DNA of 64,000 nt. Source: Octopus bimaculoides. Taxonomy: Eukaryota. Location: positions 27,567,319 to 27,631,318 of the forward strand of contig NC_068996.1 in the NCBI RefSeq assembly GCF_001194135.2, written 5' to 3'. Within the stretch, counting starts at the first letter, position 1. Each line of letters begins with the position of its first letter. The notes under the pieces were generated by a model. The model had not been told where the DNA came from. It saw only the letters and a program-made list of their open reading frames with translations, and searched no databases. Shown one piece after another: positions 11,661 to 26,100 of the stretch. Position numbers and translations under genes: made by a program.

Positions 11661-14049
11661 AACATTAGACTGAGGCCATGCTGGGGCATTGCTTTGAAGA
11701 ATATTTAGTCAAATGACTCAACCCCAGTACATTTTTTTTAAAGCTTGGTACTTATTCTATTGATCGTTTTGCCAAACCACTAAGTTACAGGGATATAAAC
11801 ACACCAACACCGGTTATCAAGACACAGCTTCTTATCACACAATCATGCATATGTTTTTAAGTAGATTTTTAATACAGTGGCAATACCTCACCAATCCCAA
11901 CTTCTTTTTCAAGGGATATTTTGTTACATCAAATAAAATTACTGTTAAAATGTAGAAATGGGATGAATGCAATAGCATTTCTATAGGGAGAATTATTTCT
12001 CACTATCTTAACATCTATATTTTTGGATAAGAGGGAATATAATAATGTGACATCTACATTTCTAGGAGGTCTTATGCATTAACCCTTTAGCATTCAGATT
12101 ATTCTGTCAAATATAATGCTTATTTATTCAAATTGGTTTCAATTAATCATGTATTATTTCATAGCTTTGAGGTTTAGAAGCTGTGATTGTTTAGGTGTGA
12201 GAAGCAGGATCTTGCTAGTTTGAAGATAAAACTGGAAGAACATTTGAGCCAGACATGGGCCGTTTAAATGCTAAAGGAATGATATAAATGAAATATAATG
12301 TTTTTAATTGAAGATTCAAATATTTAGACTGAACTCATCAAAATCTTTACCCCAGATTTGAGGTGTTTCACCACAAAATATTCACATTGAAGTAACTTCA
12401 ATATCAGTGTTTCGCAAATGTTGCCCACAAGGGGGATCTAGGAGTGCTGTAAGATTTTAATTAGGTCTTTAGAAAACCATCACTAAATGTTTGAGGTGAT
12501 TTGACAAACATGCTATATGTAATTTTGTAATATACAAATATGATTAAGCTACATTTCTGATGAAATACAATGTCTCTTAATTTCTGGCTACCTAATCCAC
12601 TCAAAAAGCTTTGATCAGCCCAGGGTATAGTAGCAGACACTTACTGGAGATGCCATGTAGTGAGATTGAACCTGAAACAATGTAGTGTATATAGGAAGTG
12701 AACACAGCTATGGATAGATACACCAAAAAATTTAACACATTATTAGCTCTATGAAAAAGCAATAGTTAGACTAATGTTAACATCTTAAGTTTGTAAACAT
12801 TACAAAAAAAGTTTACTGGAAATAATCAGGCAGTGAAGGGGAAAAAAATGAGTCATTGATTAATATTGCTGCAAGTAGAATGTTACCTGTCATTAGACAG
12901 TTATGTTCGCACTTTTGCTAACATGGGTAACATCAGGAAATATGGCATACATTAATTATAATATAACTTTTATAAAATTTCTCTGTAATTAAGCAAATGA
13001 CGAAATGAATACTAATTTTCAAAAGAAAAATATTACCTTAAAATAGAATTAAAAGAATTTCTCATTTGCAAAAGTGTGTATTTTTCAGTAAGTTATTATT
13101 GCCTGCCACCAAGCCTGCTATGTGCACTCATCCTGCACCCCTTATGTCAGCTGTCTCTGAATCTCTCTTTTACTCTCTGTCCCATTCTCTCTATACAGTG
13201 TATATTAGCTATTATCATATAGAGATTATTTCGGTAAGTATGGGAGACAACTATTAACATGTTTCAGTCTTATTTGACATCATCGAAACAAACTTCACTG
13301 AACTTAAAGTAACAATGATAAAATTACAAATGTTGTACATGAGCATATAATCATAGTTTTACAATGTTAAAAGATGATGAATTGACATAGTTGCTTATAT
13401 AAAGTGTTTAGGTGTAATTCTGTTTTGAGTTCAAATCTTAACAGGGTTGACTTTTGTTGCCACACTCCAAGTCCAATAACTGTTTTGTTGCTATATTTCT
13501 GTTGAAATATTCTGTCATTGTTTCAAGGGATTTTGAAAATAATAAAGAGTTTAGTAAAATAACTTTGTCATTATTAAGCTGGTTTGGAATATAAATTAAC
13601 ATGGAACTCAAGTTATATCACTTTAAAACATGAAGTTTGTATCTTAGAACCAGGAGTGGTCTCCAGCAGGTTGATATCAAAAGGATTAAAACAAATGACA
13701 GTCTTTCTCGAGCCTACAGGTGCTTATTAAGCCAGAGCTTATTTTGGCTTCTGAAGTTTTTAAGTGACTGAGAGAGCAAGACAAATGGGATGCCAGTCCA
13801 TTGCAAGGTTAACCCCACTCCCCTAGCTGTCATTAATTTTCCTCTGAGTGGACTAAAGAAACATGAAATGAAGAGCTTTACTCAAGGACACAATGTGCTG
13901 CCAGCCTTAGAATTCAACCCATGGCCTGATAATTGCAAACCCAATGTCCGAACCACAAAGCAACATATCTTCACACATCAAAACAAGAAGTAGTCTTGAA
14001 GGTCACTTTGATTTTTTTTTTTTAGAAAAGCTATTCCTTATACCTATTT

Positions 14050-14370
14050 AAAAATGACTCCACTCCACTTCTTGGGAGGGTCATGACGATAGTATCCTAT
14101 TAGAAGCAACAGCTGTTACTACACTTTCTGGGTGGATTCCCAAGCATAACCAACTGAAACTGGATATTATCTAACCATCATGTTATTGATCTGCCTTTAG
14201 GTCTCTTTTCATTTGGCCTGGTTTGAAGAATCCATCTTGTAATTCTTTCTTGTGACATTCTAATCACATGTTCATGGTAGCAGAATTGTGGTGAAGTAGA
14301 AGCTCAGCCTAGAGACACTCTCTGGTCTCTGAGCTATGCACCCTGTCGATCATATTTCTTCAGTTGCAAT
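14050..14370 (-). mobile_element. Decayed LINE (probably RTE) C-terminal fragment
   Basis: Minus strand resembles the IDRIR..RW..GH..R..W..GKR..GRP segment, with stops. Confidence 0.4.
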
Positions 14371-14525
14371 TGGAAAAATAAGTCAATAAAAGTAAAACAG
14401 TAAATCAAAACATGATGTAAAAATACTGTATTCAAGCTATATATATATATATATAATTATATTTTGTAAAATCAATAAAAATTATTTCTTCATTTTTAAT
14501 TCTTTATATTCGTTGTTCTTATTTT

Positions 14526-14600
14526 TCAAAAAATTTTTGATAGAAGATCTGGAACATTGGTAATCTTGAAGTTTAGTAAGTGTTGACCCAATGCTTTGCC
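14526..14600 (-). CDS. AtuA-like gene, last exon
   Basis: ttttaattatag|GGC AAA GCA..: [24 protein letters not shown] (TGA at 14528-14526). Confidence 0.9.
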   Translation of the reverse strand, partial: GKALGQHLLNFKITNVPDLLSKIF

Positions 14601-15016
14601 CTATAATTAAAAAGAAAACAAACTTTACAGAATCCTTTTCAAATCAAGCACATAGAAACTAGGTTAATTAATTATGCAATTAATTATATCACAAGCAAAT
14701 ATATAATGACTTTTATTTATTTTCTTTCATGAATCTCAAAGTTAATTCATCAGTGGTAAGTTCCTTTTCACCCCACACAAAATGCTAGTCTTACCTTGCT
14801 TCAAACCCTCAACTCTTGATTGAGTTATAGGGCTATCATTATGACCTGGACACAAATATTTGGCAGAGTCCATATTTCACTAGATCTAGCCATGGCCTAT
14901 TTGCATTTGTGTGTGTGTGTGTGTGAAAGAGAGAGGGAGAGAAGCATGGAAGGAAGGAAGAGGATGAGGAAGCCATAACCAAAGAAAAATAGAACTTTGC
15001 ATAATAACCTACACAT

Positions 15017-15054
<38 letters not shown>

Positions 15055-15158
15055 TGTATATATATGTACGGTGTTGCCATCCGGTTTCACCAGTCCTCAG
15101 TCAAATCGTCCAACCCATGCCAGCATGGAAAGCGGACGTTAAACGATGATGATGATGA

Positions 15159-15228
<70 letters not shown>

Positions 15229-15601
15229 TCATCATCATCGTTTAATGTCCATCTTCCTTTCCTGGCATGGGTGGGGCAGTTTGACAAAGATCTAACAAGT
15301 CCAGGTCTACATCATACTCTAGTGTCTGCCTTGGCATTGTTTCTATAACAAGATTCCCTTCAAAAGGCTAACCACCTGACTGGTGCCTTTCTTGTACCAT
15401 TGCCACTATTGAGGTCACCATGCAGCTCACAATCCAGGGAAAAAGGATGATGTTTCTATATGTTAGATGGGGGTTAAGGTATGAAACAAGATGTTGGAGT
15501 AGAGAAGATTCTTGCTGTAGAGGAGCTACATGGCCACTCACATTTAAGAAAGAGAAAGTGAGACTGAATAAGGGGTATTTCTGAGGAGAAATATGTGTGT
15601 G

Positions 15602-15639
<38 letters not shown>

Positions 15640-16338
15640 CATATGTATGTATGTGAGTGTCTCCTTGTCTTGACATCGCCTGATTGTCGTAAATGAATGT
15701 TATTCATTTCTAATAGTATGCAAAAACATACTGGGCTATGAGGAAATATTACCTTGCTTGGAAACAGCTAAGAGTTAACTACAAGAAAGGCATCAGGCTA
15801 TGGGAAATCTACCTCAATAAACTCTGTCTGATCTATGTAGGTATAGAAAAGTTAACATGATGATGATGATGAAAACAAACAATAAACCACATGATACATA
15901 ATACTTGGAAAAAGACTAGATGTTCATAGTTGGGATGCTTGTAATCACAGAATGTAGGCTTTATTGAACAGGGTTGACCTGGACATAAATAACAAAACAG
16001 CAAAAAAATGCAAAGATCATCAACGGAATAACTTTCATTATAAGTTTGCTGGATCAGGATAGATCTGGTGCTAAATAGTATTTAGTTGTTTAAGAAAAAC
16101 TAATAATTTTTACAGCAATATAATACAATTTTCGAATTTTTGGAAACAATAAAATTATCTCATCATAACAACATGAAAAATAGTTAGATATGAAAGAGTT
16201 AATAAAGTAAAGAAAAAAAGAAACGTACCTGAGGATCACTTCGAAGTGATGCAATGCCACCACCTCCAAGACAGTTATGAAGAACAAAATTCATTGCATT
16301 TATCCCAGGCACATCATACCTAAAAAAATATAGTTATC

Positions 16339-16369
<31 letters not shown>

Positions 16370-19300
16370 TATTGTTATGCTTGGGAACGGTCATTTTTTG
16401 CCATTTAAACACACACACTGATTATTTGATCTTCACTTTACTTTTTATTCCTAGAAAAAATATGGATGAAACTAAAGTGAAAATCAAATAAATAGTGTAT
16501 GTGTTTAATTGGCAAAAGATGACCCTCCCCAAATATAACAATCTGTTTCAACACATGGTTTCATATCAAGAAACTTGCAAAACAAATACATAAACTCACT
16601 GTCGCTATCATATCACTGACTCCTTTACCTGCACTTCAAGCAACGTCATTTACTACATCTCCTGCTCTTTCTTTCTTTCTCTGTACATTGGTCAAACGGG
16701 ACGCCACTTGGCTGACCTGTTTGTGGAGCACCTCCAAGACATTAGACTCAGCAAGGACACCTTGGCCTTGTGCCATTTCCACTCTACCGCTCATTCATTA
16801 CAACAGCTGTCTGTGTTTGGATTGTCTTTGCACAGGGGCCATCCAAACTCTTGCCTTCACTGTGAACAGGAATTTACTCACTTTGCTCCTTTGCCCCACA
16901 TGGGCTCAACTCTCCTCCTCTCCTCTCTTCATCCGACACCTACTTCCTCTCTTCACTCCTACCCACCTTCTCCCTTCATTGATATTCCCCTCCATCCACA
17001 TCCCACCCCTACCCCACCCACACCCTCACTCCCTACACTACACCACATCACACCACTCTGCCCACACTAGCACTGACCACTTCCTAGCACCCATAATATC
17101 CACACATCCACACTTTACAGACACACACATGTACACATCCACATGTCAAAGGCATCAGCGCCTATCTAAACGCACACACATACACACACGCATGCGCACA
17201 TTCGTTTTTGGATCACCAGTACTTTATTATCTCCCCTTTTTCCTAGCCCTCCTGTCCAACTACCTATCTCCAACCAGTCGCCATGATTGACCACTAAATC
17301 TACAATTTTTTTTATTATCCCTCTGCTTATTTTCTCTTATTCCTTTCTGTTGAAGAGCGTAGGCTTGAAACATTCCCAAGCATCAAACTAATACACCTGC
17401 TTGTTGTTTATACACCTGTCTTCATCTTTTGCTTTTCTGTAAATTTCAATTATATATATATATATATGATGATGATGATGATATATATATATACTAGCAG
17501 CTAAGCTCGGTTTCACCTGATCTGTTTGGATGATGTGGCTGTGATCGTTTTTGGTTAGGCATAATCTATAACAGCGTTTCTCAACCTTATCATTTCAGGT
17601 CCCCTGTTTCGATTGGAGCCTCCAGCTGTATGAAAATTTCCTGACTCCACCCCACCCCCTTGTCAGAAAATAGTTTCAGGAGTTGTGAAGAAAGGAGTTG
17701 TGAAGAAGGAATTTGTACGTAGTCTATTTCTGAGAGCTATTCTATTGGACCTCTGTCTAATCATTAAAACATTGATTTAATTATGAACATAGAAAGAAAT
17801 TATACATTAATCCCTATTTTTGTATGCAATTGTATCCGTAAAAAATTTTATTTTCAGAGAGCAGAAATTGAAAGATATATGAAATGGACGTGTGTGTGTG
17901 TGTGTGTGCGTGCTTGTGCGTGTGTATATGTTTATGATAGTTGATTTATGGAAAAGATTATGTTAAATTTTTCAAATGCAAAAATGTGAATGAAAATTAA
18001 GTTCAGACCTCTACATGGTAGCTAGACCTGGTAGCCAAATCTCCCTCAAAACACCCTACTGTCTTAATCCAACAATTCTGCCTATTATGTAGTTTGAATG
18101 AGAAACTGTAACTAATGATTAAGATTATTAAGCCCACAAAGAGGTGAAAGAAGAGAGACAGCATAGCAAACGTTTTGGCTGACTATCATCCTGTACTCCC
18201 CTTGTTGCTAGCGAAATGGTATATGCTGGCTGTGTGAGCAACTGGTTGTTTTAATAGCGGAACAAACGGGAATTCCATTAGAAAAAGTTTTAAGTGATTT
18301 TCTCAGTATGTATAGGGGCTAGGAAAAAAATACAAACCACATTCCAATCTATGCACCCGTCTCTACATGTGTGCCATTTTTTATGCAAATCCACCCAGCC
18401 GTTTGGCTTTGAACCTCAAGACAAGAAAGAATACAATGATCGCCCCCATGTCCAATTTATATTATAAATATGAGGAAATGAGAAGAGACCAGGATACCTC
18501 GCAATGCAAGGTTTTCATCAAAATCCACCCATTGCAGTGAAACTGATTTCTGGAAGCACTGTATGGGTATATATTGTGTGTATGTGTGTCTGTGTATGTA
18601 TCGTCGTCATCATCATTTAACATCCGCTCTCCATGCTGGCATGGGCTGGATGATTTGACATGGAGCTGGCTAACAGGGAGCTGTCCAGATTCCAACTGTG
18701 TGTCTCCAATTGGCATATTTTCTATGGCTGGATGTCCTTCCTAATGTTAACCACTTAACAGAGTGTACTGGGTGCTCTGTGTGTGTGTGAACACCTCAAT
18801 CAAGTAATACCCTCCTTGCATCGCTCCCACCCCACCCATCTCCCCCATTGCAGCTCAATCTCCATTCCCAATACTGTTTTTCTCCCTTGCTGTCCAGAAC
18901 TATCTCACATGTTAGCTATTGTTCTCTACACCCACATGTTACAGTGTCCATCTTGTTTCCTCATACTATACCCGCCTAGCTTTCTACTCTGCTTCTGCAG
19001 CCTACCTAAACATGCCATATCTCTTCCCCCCTTGTCAGTGATATCAACATTACTACCCCACTGCTAGCATCCTTCTAGTGTCCCCAACTGGTGCACCCTC
19101 CACCTTCAAACTACTTTCCTCTCTCCCTTTTCCCTTATCTCTTGCTCCCATACAGTCTTGCAAACCTTCACCAACTACAACTACTCCTACCTGAGGTGCC
19201 ACTTGGACATTTCATTGTCCCTATCTCTTTGGAAATACTACCAGATCATTCTCACTCTTTCTCCTAAACATGAACAGACATGTAGCTCCTCTACAACTGT

Positions 19301-22300
19301 GCTTCCCCAATCTCTTCCCTTATATCTTAATCTCTAGTACCCCGCTCTTTGCATTTGTAGACTAGCAAGCTATGTGAAAACCTTAATAGTGCCAGTAGCA
19401 TGAAAAAAGCATCCAATACACACTGTAGAGTGGTTGGCATTAGGATGGGCATCCAGCCATACAAACCATGCCAAAGCAGACAATAAAACATGATGCAGTC
19501 CTTGGGCTCAAACTGTCCAACTCATTCTAGCATGGAACATGAATGTTAAATGATGATGATGATGATAGATACATACATATATGCATGTATGTATGTATCT
19601 ATGTATGCATACTTTTTTATTTGTGGGTTAACAAGGCAACCAATGGTTTCATCATCATTATCATCATCATTTAACGTCCGCTTTCCATGCTAGCATGGGT
19701 TGGACGATTTGACTGAGGACTGGTCAACCAGATGGCTACACCAGGCTCCAATCTGATTTGGCAGAGTTTCTACAGCTGGATGCCCTTCATAACGCCAACC
19801 ACTCCGAGAGTGTAGTGGGTGCTTTTACATGCCACCGGCACGAAGGCCAGTCAGGTGGTACTGGCAACGGCCACGCTCGAAATGGTGTATTTTATGTGCC
19901 ACCTGCACAGGAGCCAGTCCAGCGGCACTGATAACGACCTCGCTCGACCTTGCTCAAATGATTTTCTAACGTGCCACCGGCACAAGTGCCAGTAAGGTGA
20001 CGCTGGTAAGGATCACATTCAAATGGTGCTATATACAGGCCACTAGCACAGAAGCCAGACAGCTGCTCTGGCAATGATCACGCTCGGACAGTGCTGTTAG
20101 TGCTCCACTGGCACAGGTGCCAGTCATCAAATAAATACACACACACACGGTGTTTTGGGATAAAGTTGATGACATAAAAGGTGACATAAAAATGTCACCT
20201 TTTTTTTCAAGAACAGCTTGATGTATTGGAGAATAATGTTGATGGCACTAGAGAGCACAAAAATTAGAATTGTAGCTGAGAAAATGTCAGCTGATATGGA
20301 AGACTGGAAGCCATCTGAATATTGGAAAAGATTCATGCTGGATGTGGAGGTGCCTGAAGGCTGTGGTGGGAGGTGAGGGCAGCTAATTTGAATAAACTGT
20401 CATCTCCCATCCATAATCTAATTGATATTTTTCATTTTTGGATGGGATATTGTGTTTTCTTTTCCTTTTAAGCAAACTATCAAATTTAGCCAAATACCCT
20501 GTATGTATATGATCAACACACACACATATATATTGTCATTATTATTTTATGCTTGCTTTTACATGCTGTGTTGAACATGTTTCAATGCAAGTTGGTTCTT
20601 ACTTGGAGTTACTGCTCTCTTAGTTGGGCCAAGGAATATACCTTGCTCTTTCTAGCATGGTTTCTACTACTGGATACCATACCCAATGCCAAATATATTT
20701 TTTTAAAATTTTTCTTGAGTTCTATGCCTTATATGACCAGATATCTGGTTTCCAAGCTATGTAAAATGACTGAGAACAGGACAGCACATTGGAGGCTTCA
20801 AGGCCAGCAATGTTCAGGGGAGGGTTAAAGTCAATTACATCAACCCCAGTATTTGACAGGTACTTTATTTTATTGATCCTGAAAGGATAAAAGTTAAACT
20901 CAGTAGGATTTGAACACAGAATGTAAAGAGCTAGAAGAAATTCTTATTTCTTTATTGCCCACAACGGGTTAAACATAGAGGGGACAAACAAGGACAGACA
21001 AAGGGATTAAGTTGATTACATCAATCCCCAGTGCGTAACTGGTATTTAATTTATCGACTCCGAAAGGATGAAAGGCAAAGTCGACCTCGGTGGAATTTGA
21101 AATCAGAATGTAAAGACAGACGAGATACCGCTAAGCATTTCGTCCGGCGTGCTAACGTTTCTGCCAGCTCGCCGCCTTTATAAGCTAGACGAAATTCTGC
21201 TAAGCATTTTGTCTGCTGTGGTAACAATTCTACCAACTCACTGGCTTACAATGTGAAATATACATATTTGAAATCTACAAATGCATTTCTGTGAAACAAA
21301 AAGGCTGGATTATTAGTTATGATATCTATAACTATCGATACATACCTTGTTACTCTTTTCCCATCATCATCATCTTCAAACAAAGAACTGAAATATTTTT
21401 CTACAGCAGATTCAGTAAGTGCAGCTCTTAGGTACGGCAGATATGAAGGATGGCGGGCAATAACTCCTAAACAGGAAAAAAAAGAAAGATTTATATTTTA
21501 TATCTGAGATTAGAGAAGTAGAATTGAAAATAACCAGATAACAACCTGGTAGTAGTGATGATGATGATGACAATTATGAAAATGATGTCAACGGTGGTGG
21601 TAGTGGTCGTCATCATCACCATTTTGATGGTAACAGCAACAGCTGCAGTAGTAGTGATAGTTTTGGTAGTTGAGGTGGTCATGGTATTGATGGTGACAGT
21701 GGTTGTGGTGATGGTCAGGTGTACAAACACTGAGGTCTTTCACAGGAAGTGACTCCAAACTATGACAGATAATAATAAACAAAACTCCTCTTATTACTTC
21801 AGCCTGTCAAGATAAACCAATCCCGTTCTGGCAGTGTCCAACCTGAAACAGGGCATTCAATAGACAGCTTCTATTCTCAACAAACTATTCAGTTTGTTGT
21901 CTTTCTACATGGATATATTCCAACATATATAACCAAACTACAACATCTATCCTTTCTAAAAAAGGATAGATGGCCAGCAACCAATCTGTCACCTTCACAC
22001 CCACCCAACATCTCAAAATGAAGGAAACAGTCACCAGTCACTTCCTCCATCACTGTGAATCTCTCGCTCCAGTTACTCAAGTATGGTTTTCACACAGCCA
22101 AATCTATCAAAGTCTTGCTTTCCCATGTCACGTACCAGTAGTCTCACGTACCAGTAGTCTCACGTACCAGTAGTCTCACGTACCAGTAGTCTCACGTACC
22201 AGTAGTCTCACGTACCAGTAGTCTCACGTACCAGTAGTCTCACACCCTTGAGAACTTTTGGGAAAAGTAAGTTGTAGCAAATGACACCAACCAAACCATC

Positions 22301-23092
22301 AGTCTTGTTTGACATGACAAAGTTAAGTTACTTACAAATGGACTTCAACCAACTATAATTTCTTACAATGTGCACTGACTGGATTCTCATAGGCACACAG
22401 GTCATCAATTTTGGTCAACCTCAAGCTTTGGTTATATCTATGTCATTCATTTCTCATTATTGTTAATTTAACATCCACTTTTTCATACTTGTGTGGGTTG
22501 GACAGAATTTGTTGAGGTAGTATATTTTTATGGGTGGATGCCCTTTCCGTTGGTGACCCTCACTTGTTTCCCAGCGAAATAATATTTCTCCCATGGCCAG
22601 ACATTTTAGAAGCAATGCATTTTAGTACAGTCACAAATACAGTCACAATAGGATTAACAAAATAATGAAGTACACCCATAAGTTAACAGAGTGTGAGTCA
22701 GGAAAGTAGAAGAGGAGGGTTGGCAAGGAAGGTCAGTCATCCTTAAAAATGGCTGTGAAGAGGCAACAAATTTCTTCAGGCCTTCCAAGCTTATTAGGCA
22801 AAAAGAGTTCTGGATATGAACACTAGAAAAGTCTTCGCTCCCAGGCAGTAAGAACCTTTGTTACACTACTGAACTGTATGACACAAACTTATATTTCAGG
22901 AGATGAGAAATGGATCATGCCTGTAAATCATCAAGTGTTTGTTTGCTCCACAGAACACTGAAGATTTGAGAAGAAATAGTGAAGTTAGATCTCAAAAACT
23001 GGTCACAGACAAGAGAATGCAGAAATAAAATGAGAAAAAAAGTCACAATTTTTACCAGACAAAATTAGTCACAGGAAAATTGCAATAATTTA

Positions 23093-23142
<50 letters not shown>

Positions 23143-23149
23143 AGTGTGT

Positions 23150-23183
<34 letters not shown>

Positions 23184-26100
23184 GGCTGTGTGGTAAGAAG
23201 TTTGCTTCCCACCTACATCGTTCCAGGTTCAGTCCGATTGCATAACACCTTGGGCAAATGTCTTCTACTATAGCCTGGTCAGACCAAAGCCTTGTGAGTG
23301 GATCTGGTAGACAGAAACTGAGAGTAGCCTGTTGTATATATGTATATACATATCTATGAGTGCGTGTCTGTGTTTGTCCACCACCAGTGCAGGTGTGTGT
23401 ACAACCCAGTCACTTAGGGGTTCAGCAAAATATCTTGATAGAAAAGTACCAGGCTTTAAAAATAAGTACTGGGGTCAATACATTTGATTAAAAATTCTTA
23501 AAGGTAGTGCCCCAGCATGTCCACAGTCTAATAAGTAAATACGAAATATATATATATATATATATATATATAAACAAAACAAGAACATTAAAATCAGTCA
23601 AAGTCTGTGATTTTCTTCTGCAAACACACCAGCAATGCTAGTATGGAAAGCAGCAAAGATGATGACGAAGACAATGATAATGATGATGATGATGACGAAG
23701 ATTAGGAAAATGATAATGATTTATAAATGATTTTTAAAAAGGTTTTAAAAAATTTACCGAGGAAATATTCAACATTTTTCGTATATAGGTCATGGTGACA
23801 CAAATATTAAAAAAATTAATATTTGGCTACCCACTTTATTTCATCTCCTCGTTGTTATCATCACCACCACTACACAGCCATCATTATCATAGCAATTATC
23901 AACATAGCCATCATCGTCATCAAACTTACAGTCTGACTTTCTTTTTATTATAATCATTTTTGTACACAGGCTCAAGATATCCTCTCACAAAGTTGTGCTA
24001 ATCCTATTTCCCTCAACAGGATATTGAAACAATCAAAACACAAATCAAGAAAATGCTATCACATTCATTTCCACTAAACATAAACAATATACAACTAGGT
24101 CCTTGAAGATCACTGGAAATGATAAACCTTTACAGTCACAGAAAATCTCTCCTGATAAATACATATCCTTAACATACAACCATTTCACCATAATGAAAGA
24201 CATTCATCTTTTGTTCAATGTTAAAATATCAGTCTTCAGGATTAGAACATTTCAGAACTTTTGACATATTTGATTTTTCCATAAGTTTTTCTAAACTTCT
24301 CCTTCAATAATTGATTTTTTAAAAATTTCTTCTAGGTATAACTGGGTGTTTTGTGTGTATGAGTGTACATTTTTCTTTTGTTACTGTAAGATAGTAAACT
24401 AGTAAGACATCATCACTTCACAACTAAATATTCAGCTTGTTCCAAATGTTTGTGATGACTATATTTTCTCATCGGAGTTTTAATCTGTCCACAAGGAAGA
24501 GTTTGGTCAAGTGAGGTCATTCTATATATTACATGTAGTAACTACATGGATTACCTCAAGCCATTGAAGAAACCAATAAGTAGTAGTGATAGTTCAACTG
24601 GCTAGAAATAGTGACTAAACTGCCTACCCTATGGTTTAAAAAAAAAAGACACATTGGATAATGCAATCCAAGATACACTATTTGCAAAAAAAAAAAAAAA
24701 ACACGACAGTCATTTTGTTGAATAATGTTGATGTGGAGCTGAACAACAACAGCAACAATATAGAGAAGCTCTAAATTTCCTCATTAACAGTTTAATATGT
24801 TTTAATGGTTGCTTGATTGTTTTAATTGAGATTAGATGTATTTGTTTTGCATTGGTTTATTTTGTCATCTGAACGCTGAGAGAACAGTTAAGTATTAAAA
24901 ACAGTAGCTAACTTGCAAGAAAGATAACTGCTCTAGTTTGGATTATGGTGTGAACTAATGACAAGTGCTGAGTGAAACACACACATACATACACATAAAG
25001 AAAAAACAAAGTTGTTTATCTACGGGCCAAGTCTGGTGAAGCAGAACTATGATCAAAGGAATTCTTCCAGCTGTGACTGTCTTTTTGAAATATCTAGAAC
25101 TACATTATCTTATCTAATATAAAATTGTAACAATAATTTTTACCTCCTGCCACTGTAGTAAGCCTGTCAGATGTTGCAGATAGAAAGCAGTAGAGTGTTA
25201 TTTATTTCTATTCTCTTTTTTCTTATTGCATTGCAGTGTCATCAACTTTGTTGTATTTTTATTGTATGGTAATTGTTCTTAATTTCTAAATGAATTCTCT
25301 TTAAATTATAAGCATTTAGTTATTTCATCAATTTCCAAAAAGAAATAAAAATCATTTCCTTATTCAAGATATTAAGATGCAATTTGAGAGGATTTGGCTG
25401 TTATTTCTTAGCAGATTCAGTGACACAAACAGTTTTAAAAAATTAAACCCAAATATACAAGTATATATTTACCAATATTAGCTGAGTTTCCTTTATCCCC
25501 GCTGCGTGTATAGGCCAAATCTTTTAAGTAGAATTCACAATTACCAGTTGGCAAGTTAGACTCTTCACTGTTTGCAGAGCTTTCAGAGACATTTTCTTTC
25601 AAAGTTGGTGAATATTCAGAAGGTTGGTAGCTTTCTTTCAGTTCACCATTCATATAAATTTGTACCTAATAATAACAACAATAATAATAATAAAAATAAT
25701 AATAATTTATTTCTTTATTACCCACAGGGGAGCTAAACATAGAGGGGACAAACAAGGACAGACAAAGGGATTAAGTCAATTACATCGACCTCGAAAGAAT
25801 GAAAAGCAAAGTCAACCTCTGCGGAATTTGAACTCAGAACATAATGGCAGATTAAAATACCACAAAGCATTTTGCCCAGGGTGCTAACGATTCTGCCAGT
25901 TCACTGCTATAATAATAATAATAATAAAAATAATAATAATGGGCAGCAATTTTGGGGTAGGAGGATAAGTCGATTTCATCAACCCTAGTGTTTCACTGGT
26001 ACTTAATTTATTGACCTCAAAAGGATGAAAGACAAAGTCGACCTCTAAGTTATATGTCCTCAACTCTTCCTCTCTTTCATCAGAAACTTCCATTAGTAAA

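Noticed and set aside
16688-17290. 200-aa ORF here and 228-aa ORF at 38179-38865 as host genes
   Set aside because: They are Penelope endonuclease remnants running into CT/CA-rich low-complexity sequence.
21491-21782. Poly-T/M/V/H ORFs here and at 27664-27917
   Set aside because: Trinucleotide microsatellites, open in several frames on both strands.
22128-22243. CRISPR-like short repeat
   Set aside because: Head-to-tail 16-mers with no spacers.
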